DNA of 64,000 nt from Thermoplasmatota archaeon. GTDB taxonomy: Archaea; Thermoplasmatota; Penumbrarchaeia; Penumbrarchaeales; Penumbrarchaeaceae. The DNA is taken from assembly GCA_029762535.1 (NCBI GenBank), contig JARVGK010000012.1, positions 15,019 through 79,018 of the forward strand. The letters run 5' to 3'. The position numbers and the translations under genes are program-made. The notes below the pieces were generated by a model, which worked only from the letters and a program-made list of their open reading frames with translations, was not told the origin of the DNA and ran no database searches. Positions 9,767-21,042 of the stretch are shown one piece after another. How positions within the stretch are numbered: the first letter of the stretch is position 1; every line of letters starts with the position of its first letter.

Positions 9767-12442
9767 ATGAGGTCAAGGGCAGCTTTGGCACTGTTGATGT
9801 TGCTGTCGGGATCGATCCTATTCATGATGGACCCCCCCGTCGGGGGGATGGGAATGGACGGGTCGGGGACGGCGGGGGATCCCTACGTTATAAGAGACCT
9901 GTGGGACCTGCAGAAAATGAGAGAGGACCTTTGCGCCCACTACGTCCTCGGGAACGACATTGATGCTTCGGATACGTATAACTGGTATGGTGGGAAAGGC
10001 TTCCTCCCCGTGGGAAATTACGAGAACAGGTTCAGGGGGAACCTCGACGGCAGGGCCCATATCATTCGGGAACTTTACATCAATCGCTCGGATATGAACG
10101 ATGTTGGACTCTTCGGTTACATCGTTACGGCGGGCTCCATCAGGAACGTCAAGATGTTTATGGCGAACATAACCGGGAACGATCGCGTGGGCGCTCTGGC
10201 GGGAGAGTTGTCCTATCTCAAGGTGGTCTCGAACTGCCACGTTTCAGGTGAGATATATGGCAACAGATACGTAGGGGGCCTTGTCGGATATATAGACAGG
10301 GCCACTGTCTCGGACTGCTCTTCCAGGGCGGAGGTCAGGGGAGTGTCCTACGTCGGAGGGCTTTTGGGATATATCTGGTTCGGAAAGGTTCATACCTCCT
10401 GCGCTAAGGGTCTGGCGAACTCGACCGATCTCTTTTCAAGGGTAGGAGGTCTGGTCGGTTACAACAAGAACGGCACCGTATGCAACTGTTATTCCACGGC
10501 GACGGCCCAGGGTATATATCGAGTAGGGGGTCTATTGGGTTTCAACAATCACGGAACGGTTTCCAGATCCTTTTCCGCGGGACGGACCGAGGGTGTGGAC
10601 TGGCACGTGGGGGGACTTATCGGGACCTGCTACGAAGGGATCGTCACGGACAGCTTCTGGGACTGCAACAGCACAGGCCAGGGGAACAGCTCCGGGGGGG
10701 CGGCCAGCACCACGGTGCAGATGAGACATAGAAGCACATTCCTTGATGCGGGGTGGGACCTGGATGGGATGTGGTGCATGGTCGAGAACGCGACATATCC
10801 CTTCTTTCGATGGGAGGATACCGAGGACCCGGTCGCCGATGCGGGACCTGACCAGACCATCGAGGTCGGGCGTTACGCTTTTTTTAACGGTGGAGCGAGC
10901 CATGACGACACTTTCGTGTACGGCCATACTTGGCGTTTCGAGGATAAGGGCCCGGTCGTGTTATTCGGGGTCGAGGCGTTCCACAGGTTCATGGACATCG
11001 GGACGTACATCGTTACGCTGTATGTTCGGGATCCTCTCGGAAAGCACGGCACCGACGAGATGAGCGTCGAGGTCAGGGATTTTACCGATCCCTACGCCGA
11101 CGCCGGGAATAACCTGTACGTCGATGAGGGGACAGTCGTCACCTTGGATGGCAGCAACAGCCGAGACAATTACGGAATAGCGAACTTTACGTGGAGCTTC
11201 ATCGACGGGTACGCCATCATCCTTTTCGGAGCGACTAACACATACAGGTTCGATGATCCAGGCCAGTACCGGGTAACGCTCAAGGTGACCGACCTCTGTG
11301 GTAATTGGGCCGTCGATACGGTCATGGTCACCGTTTTGGATACGACACCTCCTACGCCGATCGCGGGCCCTGACCGTGTAGTCAGAGGGGATACCACCAT
11401 CGTGTTCGACGGGAGCGGCAGCTTCGACAACGTAGGGATCACCGGCTATACCTGGTCGTTCCATGACGGGATCGAGCATGTCGTGCTACACGGACCATCC
11501 CCGGCGCATATATTCGTCGTACCGGGGACGTACACGGTCACTCTCACCGTCATCGACGAGGTTTATAACAGCATGTCCGACACCATCACCGTAACTGTCC
11601 TGGACCACATCCCTCCGGTGGCCTACGCCGGGGAAGATAGGACGGTCCCCGCTGGGAGGGAGGTGGTGCTTAATGGGTCTCTGTCGAGCGATAACATCGG
11701 GATCGAGAAATACCGGTGGTCCCTCGTTTACGATGAAGAGGAATTGATATTTCTTGAAGAGGAGTTCAGATCCACATTCGATGTCGGTGGCGTATATCGG
11801 GTGTCTCTATATGTGTTCGACGCTGAGATGAATCACGACGAGACGTTCGTGACGCTGACCGTGTTGGATACCGGGGTCGTTCGAGGGACGGTCGCGGATG
11901 CCGATTCGAAAAGGATAGGGGGCGTGGACGTCGATATAGTCGCATCCGACGGGAAAATGTATTCCACGAGGACGAGGGCCGATGGGAACTTCTCGATAGA
12001 GGTCCATTACGGGCCGTTCGAATGGACGATCTCGAAGAAGGGCTACAGGTCCATCAATGGGAGCTCGTATCTGAACGCGATGGAGGACGAATACCTGGAC
12101 CTTGATACTACTCCCTTGATATGGATAGGAGGGGATGGCCCCAAAAACCCCCTGCCCTATATACTGTCATCTTTCTTCCTGATCGTGTTGATCATCTCGA
12201 TATCCGCCGGATCGGTCATGTTCTTTACCCTGAAGAGGCCGACAGGAAAGAGGGTGGATGCGGACCCGGAGGGAGATTATAAAATCCACGAAGATGTTGA
12301 TCGGACCAATACCGGGTATATCCCTTCGCTTTACAAGGAGGAAGGGGTATGGACCAAGGATCCCTATACGGGATCATATCCTGAATACCGTTCATATAAC
12401 CATGAGGATCCAGCGGAGGATTTGATAGAATGTCGATGGTAG
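9767..12442 (+). CDS. Secreted surface protein: GLUG-motif repeats, four PKD domains, carboxypeptidase-regulatory-like domain, C-terminal TM anchor
   Basis: Signal peptide; GSGTAGDPY; VGGLVG repeats; PVADAGPD...TW.F...G.Y.VTL.V.D repeats; TM ILSSFFLIVLIISISAGSVMFF. Confidence 0.85.
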   Translation: MRSRAALALLMLLSGSILFMMDPPVGGMGMDGSGTAGDPYVIRDLWDLQKMREDLCAHYVLGNDIDASDTYNWYGGKGFLPVGNYENRFRGNLDGRAHIIRELYINRSDMNDVGLFGYIVTAGSIRNVKMFMANITGNDRVGALAGELSYLKVVSNCHVSGEIYGNRYVGGLVGYIDRATVSDCSSRAEVRGVSYVGGLLGYIWFGKVHTSCAKGLANSTDLFSRVGGLVGYNKNGTVCNCYSTATAQGIYRVGGLLGFNNHGTVSRSFSAGRTEGVDWHVGGLIGTCYEGIVTDSFWDCNSTGQGNSSGGAASTTVQMRHRSTFLDAGWDLDGMWCMVENATYPFFRWEDTEDPVADAGPDQTIEVGRYAFFNGGASHDDTFVYGHTWRFEDKGPVVLFGVEAFHRFMDIGTYIVTLYVRDPLGKHGTDEMSVEVRDFTDPYADAGNNLYVDEGTVVTLDGSNSRDNYGIANFTWSFIDGYAIILFGATNTYRFDDPGQYRVTLKVTDLCGNWAVDTVMVTVLDTTPPTPIAGPDRVVRGDTTIVFDGSGSFDNVGITGYTWSFHDGIEHVVLHGPSPAHIFVVPGTYTVTLTVIDEVYNSMSDTITVTVLDHIPPVAYAGEDRTVPAGREVVLNGSLSSDNIGIEKYRWSLVYDEEELIFLEEEFRSTFDVGGVYRVSLYVFDAEMNHDETFVTLTVLDTGVVRGTVADADSKRIGGVDVDIVASDGKMYSTRTRADGNFSIEVHYGPFEWTISKKGYRSINGSSYLNAMEDEYLDLDTTPLIWIGGDGPKNPLPYILSSFFLIVLIISISAGSVMFFTLKRPTGKRVDADPEGDYKIHEDVDRTNTGYIPSLYKEEGVWTKDPYTGSYPEYRSYNHEDPAEDLIECRW

Positions 12443-15400
12443 AAGGGATGAGGATGATAAAAGCGAGTAATGTGATCATTATTTTGCTGTCCACTGCCAT
12501 TATTCAGCTACTTGTCTTGCCAGGGCCCACCTCCCTGGGGGATCCGATCCCGGAGCAATCCTTCGGGGGCGGATCGGGGACGGCGGGGGATCCCTACGTC
12601 ATCGAGGACGTGTGGGATCTCCAGAATATGAGCAAGGATCTCAGCGCCCACTACGTCCTCGGGAACGATATCGACGCCTCCGATACGATCAATTGGAACT
12701 CGGGGGCGGGATTCGATCCGATCGGGACCAAAACGATCAATTTCAAGGGAAGCCTGGATGGAGAGGGACATTCCATCAACGGCCTGTTCATAAATCGTTC
12801 TGAAGAGGATTACGTAGGTTTGATCGATATATTATATTATGGAGGAAGGATCATCGATCTGAATATATACGATTCAAATATAACCGGCGGATCCTATGTT
12901 GGAGGTCTGTCCGGGTATAACTTAGGTTATATTGAAAATTCGTCCTTTTCAGGGAGGGTCAGTGGTAAGAACTATACTGGGATGATAACAGGATATAATA
13001 TTGGAAGTATATCAGGTTCTCATACTTACGGGATCATGATCGGAGGAAATTATGTTGGAGGTATCGTAGGTTTCCAATATTCATATTATCATTATTATTC
13101 TGGAAAGATCGAGAATACTTTTTCTGAAGCGAATGTGATAGGAAAATCGCATATCGGAGGGTTATGTGGTTCCAACACCGGACCGATCATAGATTCTTTT
13201 TATACTGGAAATGTATCTGGCGATAAAGCTGTAGGAGGTATACTTGGCAGTATAGGAGAGGACGGATACGTCTCGAATTCCTTCTATGATGTGGATAATG
13301 TACTCATCAACGGTCGGAATCATCTGACCATCGGCGGATTGTTCCATGATGAGTATGAGGATTGGTTTAGAAACAATAGGACCTTGAACATTTCACACTA
13401 TAATGATACTTTGATACCTTCCGGAGACCATTATGAGATAAATGCTGTAGATGGAATGAAAAAATTGCTCGTTTTCTCTCATATCGAAGATTATAAGTTC
13501 AGATTGTCTTCGGACATAGATCTTATTATATTCCCCGGGCTACATATCCCTTTCTTTCGCGCAGCGGAATTCAATGGGAACGGATACAAGGTATACAACC
13601 TATGTCTGGATCAGGATTTTTCATATTATACTGGACTCTTTGGATTTAATTCAGGAGGTTTTATCTCAAATTTATCCATGGTCGATGTTAATGTGAAGGG
13701 TGATAATAATGTAAGTGGTTTGATAGGTTATAATCATAAGGGTGACGTCAAGGATATTCAGGTAAATGGAATCATATCTGGTAAGAATAACATTGGAGGT
13801 GTCATCGGATCAAATTATAATACGAATGTCATAAGCTCTTCAAATTTTAATGGAACCATAAATGGGGCATTCTCTGTCGGCGGTATTGTTGGTAATAATC
13901 TTGGAAATGTTTTCAATTGTTATTCATCTGTTAATATTTATGGACGGAGAAACAATATTGGGGGAATATGCGGGTCGAATACCGGTTCGATCAAGAACTC
14001 GAACGTTTACGGGAACCTGAGTGGCGATCATAACGTCGGTGGAATAGTTGGATCGACCTCCGGTCCTGTCTCTTTTTGCAGGTCATATTCATATGCTACG
14101 GGAAACAGGTCCATAGGATGCATTGCAGGAACGAATACAGGAACTATATCGGATGTGCTATCGGAAGGATTCGCCCATGGTGATCTATCTGTCGGTGGGA
14201 TTTCGGGCAAAGCGAATGGACATATAATGAGGTCCAGATCTAAATCAAACATCGATGGTCGTTCATCTATAGGCGGAATTGCCGGAAACAGCAATCGGAT
14301 TATCATGGATTGTGCGTTCTCAGGAAAGATTGTTTCGACCGGATATTCTTCGGGTGGAATAGTTGGGGACTTGCAGGGTTCAAATTGGGATAATTCCGGG
14401 TACGTGATGGATAGTGTATCCTCTGGGGAGGTAGATGGACATATTTCTGTCGGGGGAATAGCTGGTTACAGCAGCGGAACCATCGTTGATTCATGTTCAT
14501 TGACAAATGTTAGCGGTATTCTGCATGTCGGTGGCGTTGTCGGTTTGTACAGAGGAATTGTGAATAATTGTTATTACAATATAGATAAGGTACTAATCAA
14601 CGGCATACATCAGGTTACATATTGTGGCCTGTTCGATCGCCAGTATTTGGATTGGATCCAAAGCAATAAGGTTTTGAACATTTCGGATTACGGCGAATGG
14701 TTGGTTCAAACACATGATGGCTATGATGTGTCATCCATAGATGGATTAAAATATCTTCTCGGTTTTTCCCATGAAAATAATATCCGTATAAGCATAATTG
14801 CAGATATCGATCTGTCCAATAAATATAATCTCCACATCCCATATTTTTCGGGAGAGGAATTCGATGGGAACGGTCACAAATTATTGAATTTGACAGTAGA
14901 CCAGGATTTCTCTAATTATCTCGGTTTGATAGGTTACAACGATGGCGGGACGATCAGGGACCTATCCCTCTTCCATCTGAATATTACTGGCCAAAGATAT
15001 ATTGGGGGAATTACAGGATACAACAACGGAGGAAAGATCACCAATGTATTGGTCGATGGTGCCATATGTGGAAAGGATGAACACACAGGCGGAATAGTCG
15101 GATACAATTCAGGCAACCTTCACAATTCTTCCTCAAGTGGAATGCTCTCTGGAAAAAATGTTGTAGGCGGTTTGATAGGAGAACACTGGGGTTCATTGAC
15201 GGATTCATATTCATCGATGAATATCAATGGCGAAGGGTCCATAGGAGTATTGGTCGGAAGAAATCATGGAAAGATATTCAACTCATTTTATAATATAGAT
15301 CAAGTTGAGATAAATGGAATGAATCATATTTATAGAGGGGGGATCTTCGATCGACAGTTCAACGATTGGATAACGAATGATAGATCACTTGACATCAATG

Positions 15401-18400
15401 ATTACAAAGATTCACTTCCATTTTCGAGAGGGTTTTATGAGATATCGTCCGTTCAGGGGATCAGGGATGTTTTGGGCTTTTCGTCATCTGAAGGGCTGAG
15501 GTTTAGAATGGTTTCGGATATCGATCTCAAGGATGAGTCGGGTTTACACATCCCTCATTTTTCCGCGGAGGAATTCGATGGAAATGGTTTTACAGTATCA
15601 AACTTGAATATGGAAAATAATTTTTCAGAGAAGATCGGTTTTTTTGGAGAGGTGTCCAGAGGAAATATCAGAAACGTAGTTCTAAAGGATGTAAGGATAA
15701 CCGGAACGAACCACGTTGGTTCGTTGGCGGGATCGAATAATGGCAACATATACCATTCATATTCCGAAGGTTCTATCTCGGCATGGGACAATGTGGGCCT
15801 TTTAGTGGGAAGTAATTCAGGAACGATCTTGAATTCAAGAACGGAGGGAACCTTGAATGGAAGAAGTCGTGCAGGTCTTATTGCTGGTATGAATTATGGA
15901 GCAATTTTAGATTCATCCGTTGAAGGTATATTAAAAGGAAAGGACTTTATTGGGGGATTGGCCGGTGAGAATCGAGGTTTTATAAATAGATCCTTTTCAA
16001 CAACCCAGGTCAAAGGCAGTGTAGAGTGTGTGGGGGGCATATGTGGTATGAATACAGGATCGATCTCAGAAACCTGTTCAAACGGAGAGGTAAAAGGTTC
16101 TGAGAAAGTAGGTGGTCTGGTGGGATATAATGGTATGTTCGGAAAAATTAAGGATTCATATTCAATATCATCGGTCGAGGGAAATAAGAATATTGGAGGT
16201 TTGGTAGGAGCCAATGAATTATATTCTTTAATATCGAATGTATATTCTTCAGGAAGGATTGTAGGCAATATGAATGTCGGCGCCATCACAGGATATAACG
16301 GTGGGACAATCAAGAACAGTTTCTGGGACAATGAGTCTTCCCTTCAGACCTCAAGCGCTGGAGGAATGGGTAAAAGCACATCGGAACTCATGAAAAACAA
16401 GACCTATACAAGCGCAGGATGGGATATGGATGACGTTTGGTGGATGATTGATACGGCCACGCGGCCAATATTGAGGATGGAGTGGTCTGAAAGTATATCC
16501 AATATACATCAATTACAGATGATGGCAGCTAATTTAAGCGCTGATTATGAACTCGTGAGCGATCTGGACCTATCATCGATCACAGAAGAGTCGGAAATTT
16601 GGGGAACGAATCTTTCATCTGGTAAGGGATTTTTCCCAATAGGGGATATGAATGGACCATTTTTAGGCACCTTCGATGGTTTGGATTATGAGATCAAAAA
16701 TTTATATATCAATAATGCCGATAAGGACAATGTTGGATTGTTTGGTTATATTGGGAAAGGAGGGGCCTTGACAAATGTAAAGATATCTGATGTATATGTC
16801 ATAGGTAATTCATATGTCGGTGGGATCGCCGGGTATATTTACTATGGATATTTGACTTTTTCATATTCGAAAGGATTTATTAAAGGAAATGAATATGTTG
16901 GAGGGATAACGGGCAGTCTATTGGGCACGACGATATCACACTCTTTTTCAGAAGGGAGCGTTAAAGGTCATGGTATCGTTGGAGGACTGGCGGGTTCGAA
17001 TAATGCTGCTGGAGTGATATCGAATTCCTATTCCAATGTTGTATGTGATGGTATCATACGGGTAGGAGGTATGGTAGGATATAATGCGGGTAAAATATAC
17101 AATTCATATTCATCCGGGAGAGTAACAGGAAATGAGAGGATAGGCGGTATGGTCGGATCGGATTATGGGTTGGTAATATTGAGTTTCTGGGATAATGAAA
17201 CATCAGGACAAACCAGCAGCCCGGGAGGGATTGGAAAGAATACTTCAGAGATGAAGATTAGAATAACCTTCTCAAATGCTCATTGGGACCTATCAAATAT
17301 CTGGTGTATTGCGGAAGGTTTGACATATCCACTTCTGAGGTGGCAGGATAAGGCACCTCCAATAGCCAATGCGGGAAATGATATAACCATCGACCAGGGA
17401 ACGTTATTGAAATTTAACGGAAGCGCCAGCTATGACGATCTGATGATAGCTCAATTCGAATGGACATTTAATATCGATGATTATGCGGTTGTATTATATG
17501 GTAAAGGTCCCACATATCTGTTCGATAGACCGGGGACCTTCCTGGTCACTTTGACCGTCATTGATGTTGTTGACCTTATCGATAGCGATACCATTATAGT
17601 GAATGTAAGAGAGGTCGAAGGTTACGATCCGTTCCCTCCTGTTGCTAATGCGGGAAATGATATTATTATTGTCAATGGAAGTAAGGTTACTTTTGACGGC
17701 AGTGCATCTTATGATAATATTGGTATCGTCAATTATACCTGGACCTTATACGACAATAAAACGATCTTCCTTTATGGTGTGAACCCAACGTATATTTTCA
17801 ACTTTGTTGGATCATATTGTGTTACATTGAATGTAAGTGATGCTTGGGGGTCTTGGAGTGTCGATATGATCAATGTGACCGTCATTGAATTGCCATATGT
17901 CGATGAAACGTCTCCCATCTGCATAGCAGGATCTGATGTGGAGATTAATGAAAGAGAGAGAGTCTATTTCGATGGAAGAGGAAGCCACGATAACGTCGGG
18001 ATCGCAAGCTATACCTGGACCTTCTTCGACGGGATCGAGGACGTGGTCCTTCAAGGGAGCACTCCCTCCCACATATTCACCGTTCCCGGAAGATACACCA
18101 TAACTCTCACCGTCATGGACGAGGCGGGGAACTCCGGATCCGACACGATGACCGTGTCGGTTCGGGACATAACCCCTCCCATCGCGAACGCCGGGGAAGA
18201 TCTCGTAATTGATGAGGGATCCCCTGTCCAGTTCGACGGAAGCGAGAGCTCCGACAACGTGATGATAGTGAACTACACATGGACCGTGATATCGGGGTCC
18301 CGAAGGACCTCCCTCTATGGCGTGGACCCTGTCCACGTCTTCGGGGATCCGGGAGTGTACGTCGTGACATTGGAGGTCCTTGACGGGGCAGGTCTCACCG

Positions 18401-18819
18401 ACAGCCATGCCATAATGATCACCGTTCTTGATGCAACACCCCCTGCCTCTGTCGCCGGTCCGGATCGGACCGTGGATGTCGGCACCCTGGTGATTTTCGA
18501 CGGCAGCGGAAGTTCCGACAACGTCGGGATCGTGAATTACACCTGGACCTTCAACGACGGATCGGCCAATGTGATACTTTATGGAATACATCCATCTCAC
18601 ACATTTTCGATCCCCGGGACATATACCGTCACATTGACCGTAAGGGACGAGGCGGGGAACGAGGGGATCGACTCATTTTCCGTGAATGTGATCGCCGAGG
18701 AAAAGGCAGATGACCATCTCGCCGCTCAGATCGCTGCCATGGTCATGCTGGTTCCCCTTTCAGTCCTTGTCCTCTATCTTCTGGTCCGATCGAAAAGGAG
18801 GAGGGGGCCCGAGGAATGA
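12430..18819 (+). CDS. Giant GLUG/PKD surface protein (about 2100 aa) with C-terminal TM anchor
   Basis: Signal peptide, many VGGI/LxG GLUG motifs, five PKD repeats, TM followed by RSKRRRGPEE; true start may be 12448-12456. Confidence 0.88.
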   Translation: MSMVEGMRMIKASNVIIILLSTAIIQLLVLPGPTSLGDPIPEQSFGGGSGTAGDPYVIEDVWDLQNMSKDLSAHYVLGNDIDASDTINWNSGAGFDPIGTKTINFKGSLDGEGHSINGLFINRSEEDYVGLIDILYYGGRIIDLNIYDSNITGGSYVGGLSGYNLGYIENSSFSGRVSGKNYTGMITGYNIGSISGSHTYGIMIGGNYVGGIVGFQYSYYHYYSGKIENTFSEANVIGKSHIGGLCGSNTGPIIDSFYTGNVSGDKAVGGILGSIGEDGYVSNSFYDVDNVLINGRNHLTIGGLFHDEYEDWFRNNRTLNISHYNDTLIPSGDHYEINAVDGMKKLLVFSHIEDYKFRLSSDIDLIIFPGLHIPFFRAAEFNGNGYKVYNLCLDQDFSYYTGLFGFNSGGFISNLSMVDVNVKGDNNVSGLIGYNHKGDVKDIQVNGIISGKNNIGGVIGSNYNTNVISSSNFNGTINGAFSVGGIVGNNLGNVFNCYSSVNIYGRRNNIGGICGSNTGSIKNSNVYGNLSGDHNVGGIVGSTSGPVSFCRSYSYATGNRSIGCIAGTNTGTISDVLSEGFAHGDLSVGGISGKANGHIMRSRSKSNIDGRSSIGGIAGNSNRIIMDCAFSGKIVSTGYSSGGIVGDLQGSNWDNSGYVMDSVSSGEVDGHISVGGIAGYSSGTIVDSCSLTNVSGILHVGGVVGLYRGIVNNCYYNIDKVLINGIHQVTYCGLFDRQYLDWIQSNKVLNISDYGEWLVQTHDGYDVSSIDGLKYLLGFSHENNIRISIIADIDLSNKYNLHIPYFSGEEFDGNGHKLLNLTVDQDFSNYLGLIGYNDGGTIRDLSLFHLNITGQRYIGGITGYNNGGKITNVLVDGAICGKDEHTGGIVGYNSGNLHNSSSSGMLSGKNVVGGLIGEHWGSLTDSYSSMNINGEGSIGVLVGRNHGKIFNSFYNIDQVEINGMNHIYRGGIFDRQFNDWITNDRSLDINDYKDSLPFSRGFYEISSVQGIRDVLGFSSSEGLRFRMVSDIDLKDESGLHIPHFSAEEFDGNGFTVSNLNMENNFSEKIGFFGEVSRGNIRNVVLKDVRITGTNHVGSLAGSNNGNIYHSYSEGSISAWDNVGLLVGSNSGTILNSRTEGTLNGRSRAGLIAGMNYGAILDSSVEGILKGKDFIGGLAGENRGFINRSFSTTQVKGSVECVGGICGMNTGSISETCSNGEVKGSEKVGGLVGYNGMFGKIKDSYSISSVEGNKNIGGLVGANELYSLISNVYSSGRIVGNMNVGAITGYNGGTIKNSFWDNESSLQTSSAGGMGKSTSELMKNKTYTSAGWDMDDVWWMIDTATRPILRMEWSESISNIHQLQMMAANLSADYELVSDLDLSSITEESEIWGTNLSSGKGFFPIGDMNGPFLGTFDGLDYEIKNLYINNADKDNVGLFGYIGKGGALTNVKISDVYVIGNSYVGGIAGYIYYGYLTFSYSKGFIKGNEYVGGITGSLLGTTISHSFSEGSVKGHGIVGGLAGSNNAAGVISNSYSNVVCDGIIRVGGMVGYNAGKIYNSYSSGRVTGNERIGGMVGSDYGLVILSFWDNETSGQTSSPGGIGKNTSEMKIRITFSNAHWDLSNIWCIAEGLTYPLLRWQDKAPPIANAGNDITIDQGTLLKFNGSASYDDLMIAQFEWTFNIDDYAVVLYGKGPTYLFDRPGTFLVTLTVIDVVDLIDSDTIIVNVREVEGYDPFPPVANAGNDIIIVNGSKVTFDGSASYDNIGIVNYTWTLYDNKTIFLYGVNPTYIFNFVGSYCVTLNVSDAWGSWSVDMINVTVIELPYVDETSPICIAGSDVEINERERVYFDGRGSHDNVGIASYTWTFFDGIEDVVLQGSTPSHIFTVPGRYTITLTVMDEAGNSGSDTMTVSVRDITPPIANAGEDLVIDEGSPVQFDGSESSDNVMIVNYTWTVISGSRRTSLYGVDPVHVFGDPGVYVVTLEVLDGAGLTDSHAIMITVLDATPPASVAGPDRTVDVGTLVIFDGSGSSDNVGIVNYTWTFNDGSANVILYGIHPSHTFSIPGTYTVTLTVRDEAGNEGIDSFSVNVIAEEKADDHLAAQIAAMVMLVPLSVLVLYLLVRSKRRRGPEE

Positions 18820-18825
18820 TCCCGA

Positions 18826-20625
18826 TCAGATCCTTCTGGTTCGGTCCTTCAACCATTTCCTGGTATCCGGATCCAGCCTTCGGGTGAGGCGGTGGTACAC
18901 GTCCCTGTGATAGTTGTTGAGCCACTTCCTCTCTTCGTTGGTAAGGAGATGGACGTTGATAAGCCTCCTGTCTATGGGGGCCAAGGTTATGGTCTCGAAG
19001 CGAAGGAAAGTGGTATCCTCCGTCGAGAACTCCTCGTCCCTGACGACCACTATCACGTTCTCTATCCTCATGCCGTACTCGCCGACCTTGTAGAAACCCG
19101 GCTCGTTCGATAACACGTTCCCATCGGCGAGAGGGACGCCCGTATCCCGAGGAGTTATTCCCATCGGTCCCTCATGGACGTTTAGATAATGTCCGATGCC
19201 ATGCCCCGTCCCATGATTGTAGTTCATACCGGCATCCCATAGCGCCCTTCTGGCGAAAGCGTCTATCTGCTTTCCTGAGAACCCCTTGGGGAACCTCAAG
19301 GATGCGATAGCTATATGCCCCTTCAGTACCCGGGTGAAATGGTCCTTCTGCTCCTCGGTCACATCTCCGGTCGTCACCGTCCTGGTTATGTCCGTCGTGC
19401 CATACAGGTACTGACCGCCTGAATCGAGAAGGAATATCCCTTTGCCAACGGGGATGTTCGTCTCCTCCGTCGGCTCGTAATGTATTATAGCGCCGTGCTC
19501 ACCGAACGATGCTATTGTTGAGAAGCTCGGCCCGATGTGGTCCTTGTTCTGGGCCCTGAACTCCTCGACCTTACGAGCGGCATCGAGCTCGGTGACCGTT
19601 TCGCCCATCCTCAACGATCTCTCGAGCCATCGCAGGAACCTGCACACCGCGATCCCGTCATGTACGTGTGCCTTCTTGAAGCCCTTCAACTCTCTATCGT
19701 TCTTGATGGATTTGAACTCCACCACAGGGGACCTATCCCTTATCAGACCCTTCGCCTCGCCGAGCTTGAGCTCTATCCATTTGTTCGTGACCTTCTCATC
19801 GGTCCAGATCCTGCCCTTCTGCTTTCCCAACCCCTCGAGGAACATTCCAATGTCCCTGTAATCGTGGATCTCAACATATCTCTTGAGCTTCTTCCTCATC
19901 CTGGCGTTCACCTTTTGGAGATCGATGAAAAGATGGGACCTCCTGGGTCCAATGACAGCGTAGGATATGAACACGGGGTTGTATTTGACATCGCTCCCCC
20001 GCAGGTTGAAGGTCCATGCGACGGCGTCCAGCTGCGTGAGTATCATCGATGTCGCATTGTTCTTCTTCATCCTCTCCCTGATCCTCGTAAGCTTGTCAGG
20101 CATCGATTCTCCGGCGATGCTCGTGGGAAGTATTGAGATCGGGTCCGAAGGCAGCTTCGGTCTATCCTCCCAAAGCTCATCGACGAGGTTCCTCTCGACA
20201 TATCTGAACGAGATGCCCTTCTTGGAGAGCCGGCCATCCAGCTCTTTCGCCCTCTCCATGGACAGAAGCCTGGGGTCTATTCCTACCTTATCGCCCCTGG
20301 ACAGTTCTTCGATGAGGAACTCCTCCATCTTGGGCACATCGGGCATCCCCATCCTGTAGAGGTCGATCCCCGATCCGGAAAGCTGCTCCTCGGCCTGAAC
20401 GAAGTACCTGCCGTCCGTCCAGAGTCCAGCCTTGTCCATCGTGACGACGACATCTCCGGCGGACCCTGTGAAACGGGAGACCCACGCCCTTCTCTGCCAG
20501 CATTCCGGGACGTATTCGCTTTGATGTGGGTCCGTGCTCGGTATCAAATAGGCCGAGAGCCTCTCCGTCATCATCAGGTTCCTCAAGGCCTCGATCCTTT
20601 CAGATGTCCCTTTCATATTATGCAC
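18826..20625 (-). CDS. Xaa-Pro aminopeptidase (aminopeptidase P, M24B)
   Basis: DPHQSEYV, FTGSAG, LWTDGRY, LDSGGQYLYGTTDITRT, HGTGHGIG..VHEGP, SNEPGFY, GMRIEN. Confidence 0.93.
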   Translation of the reverse strand: MHNMKGTSERIEALRNLMMTERLSAYLIPSTDPHQSEYVPECWQRRAWVSRFTGSAGDVVVTMDKAGLWTDGRYFVQAEEQLSGSGIDLYRMGMPDVPKMEEFLIEELSRGDKVGIDPRLLSMERAKELDGRLSKKGISFRYVERNLVDELWEDRPKLPSDPISILPTSIAGESMPDKLTRIRERMKKNNATSMILTQLDAVAWTFNLRGSDVKYNPVFISYAVIGPRRSHLFIDLQKVNARMRKKLKRYVEIHDYRDIGMFLEGLGKQKGRIWTDEKVTNKWIELKLGEAKGLIRDRSPVVEFKSIKNDRELKGFKKAHVHDGIAVCRFLRWLERSLRMGETVTELDAARKVEEFRAQNKDHIGPSFSTIASFGEHGAIIHYEPTEETNIPVGKGIFLLDSGGQYLYGTTDITRTVTTGDVTEEQKDHFTRVLKGHIAIASLRFPKGFSGKQIDAFARRALWDAGMNYNHGTGHGIGHYLNVHEGPMGITPRDTGVPLADGNVLSNEPGFYKVGEYGMRIENVIVVVRDEEFSTEDTTFLRFETITLAPIDRRLINVHLLTNEERKWLNNYHRDVYHRLTRRLDPDTRKWLKDRTRRI

Positions 20626-20814
20626 AACCTTTTTATGCCCAATTACCGCCTTTTATATCTTTATTTTGGATATTATTAGCTTGAGCAACTATCATGGAAG
20701 GTCCGTTTGAGAACTCTGAGAGGAACAGGTATTCAATTATAGATGAATCTATATCCAAAATATGATTAAAGCGGTGATAAAACGCTATATATCAATTCGT
20801 GTCATTACTGAAGC

Positions 20815-21042
20815 ATGTCTCGGAAAGGTCTCTGGTCCTGGATCGCCGTCGCGGGGTTGGTCCTTCTGATAATTGGCAGCTTCCTTCTGTTCATTCCTTA
20901 TCTTGGACTGGTAACTCTCGGTCTGGGGACGATCCTCATGTTCATCGGCATCATAGCATTGATACCGATACTTATCAGGGAGATGAAAAAGGACGACGCC
21001 GAGATGAGAGAGGCGATATCCGAGAGGGAGTTGAGACCGTGA
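20815..21042 (+). CDS. Small two-TM membrane protein
   Basis: Two hydrophobic helices plus a charged tail; GTGA overlap with the next gene; TATATA upstream. Confidence 0.7.
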   Translation: MSRKGLWSWIAVAGLVLLIIGSFLLFIPYLGLVTLGLGTILMFIGIIALIPILIREMKKDDAEMREAISERELRP

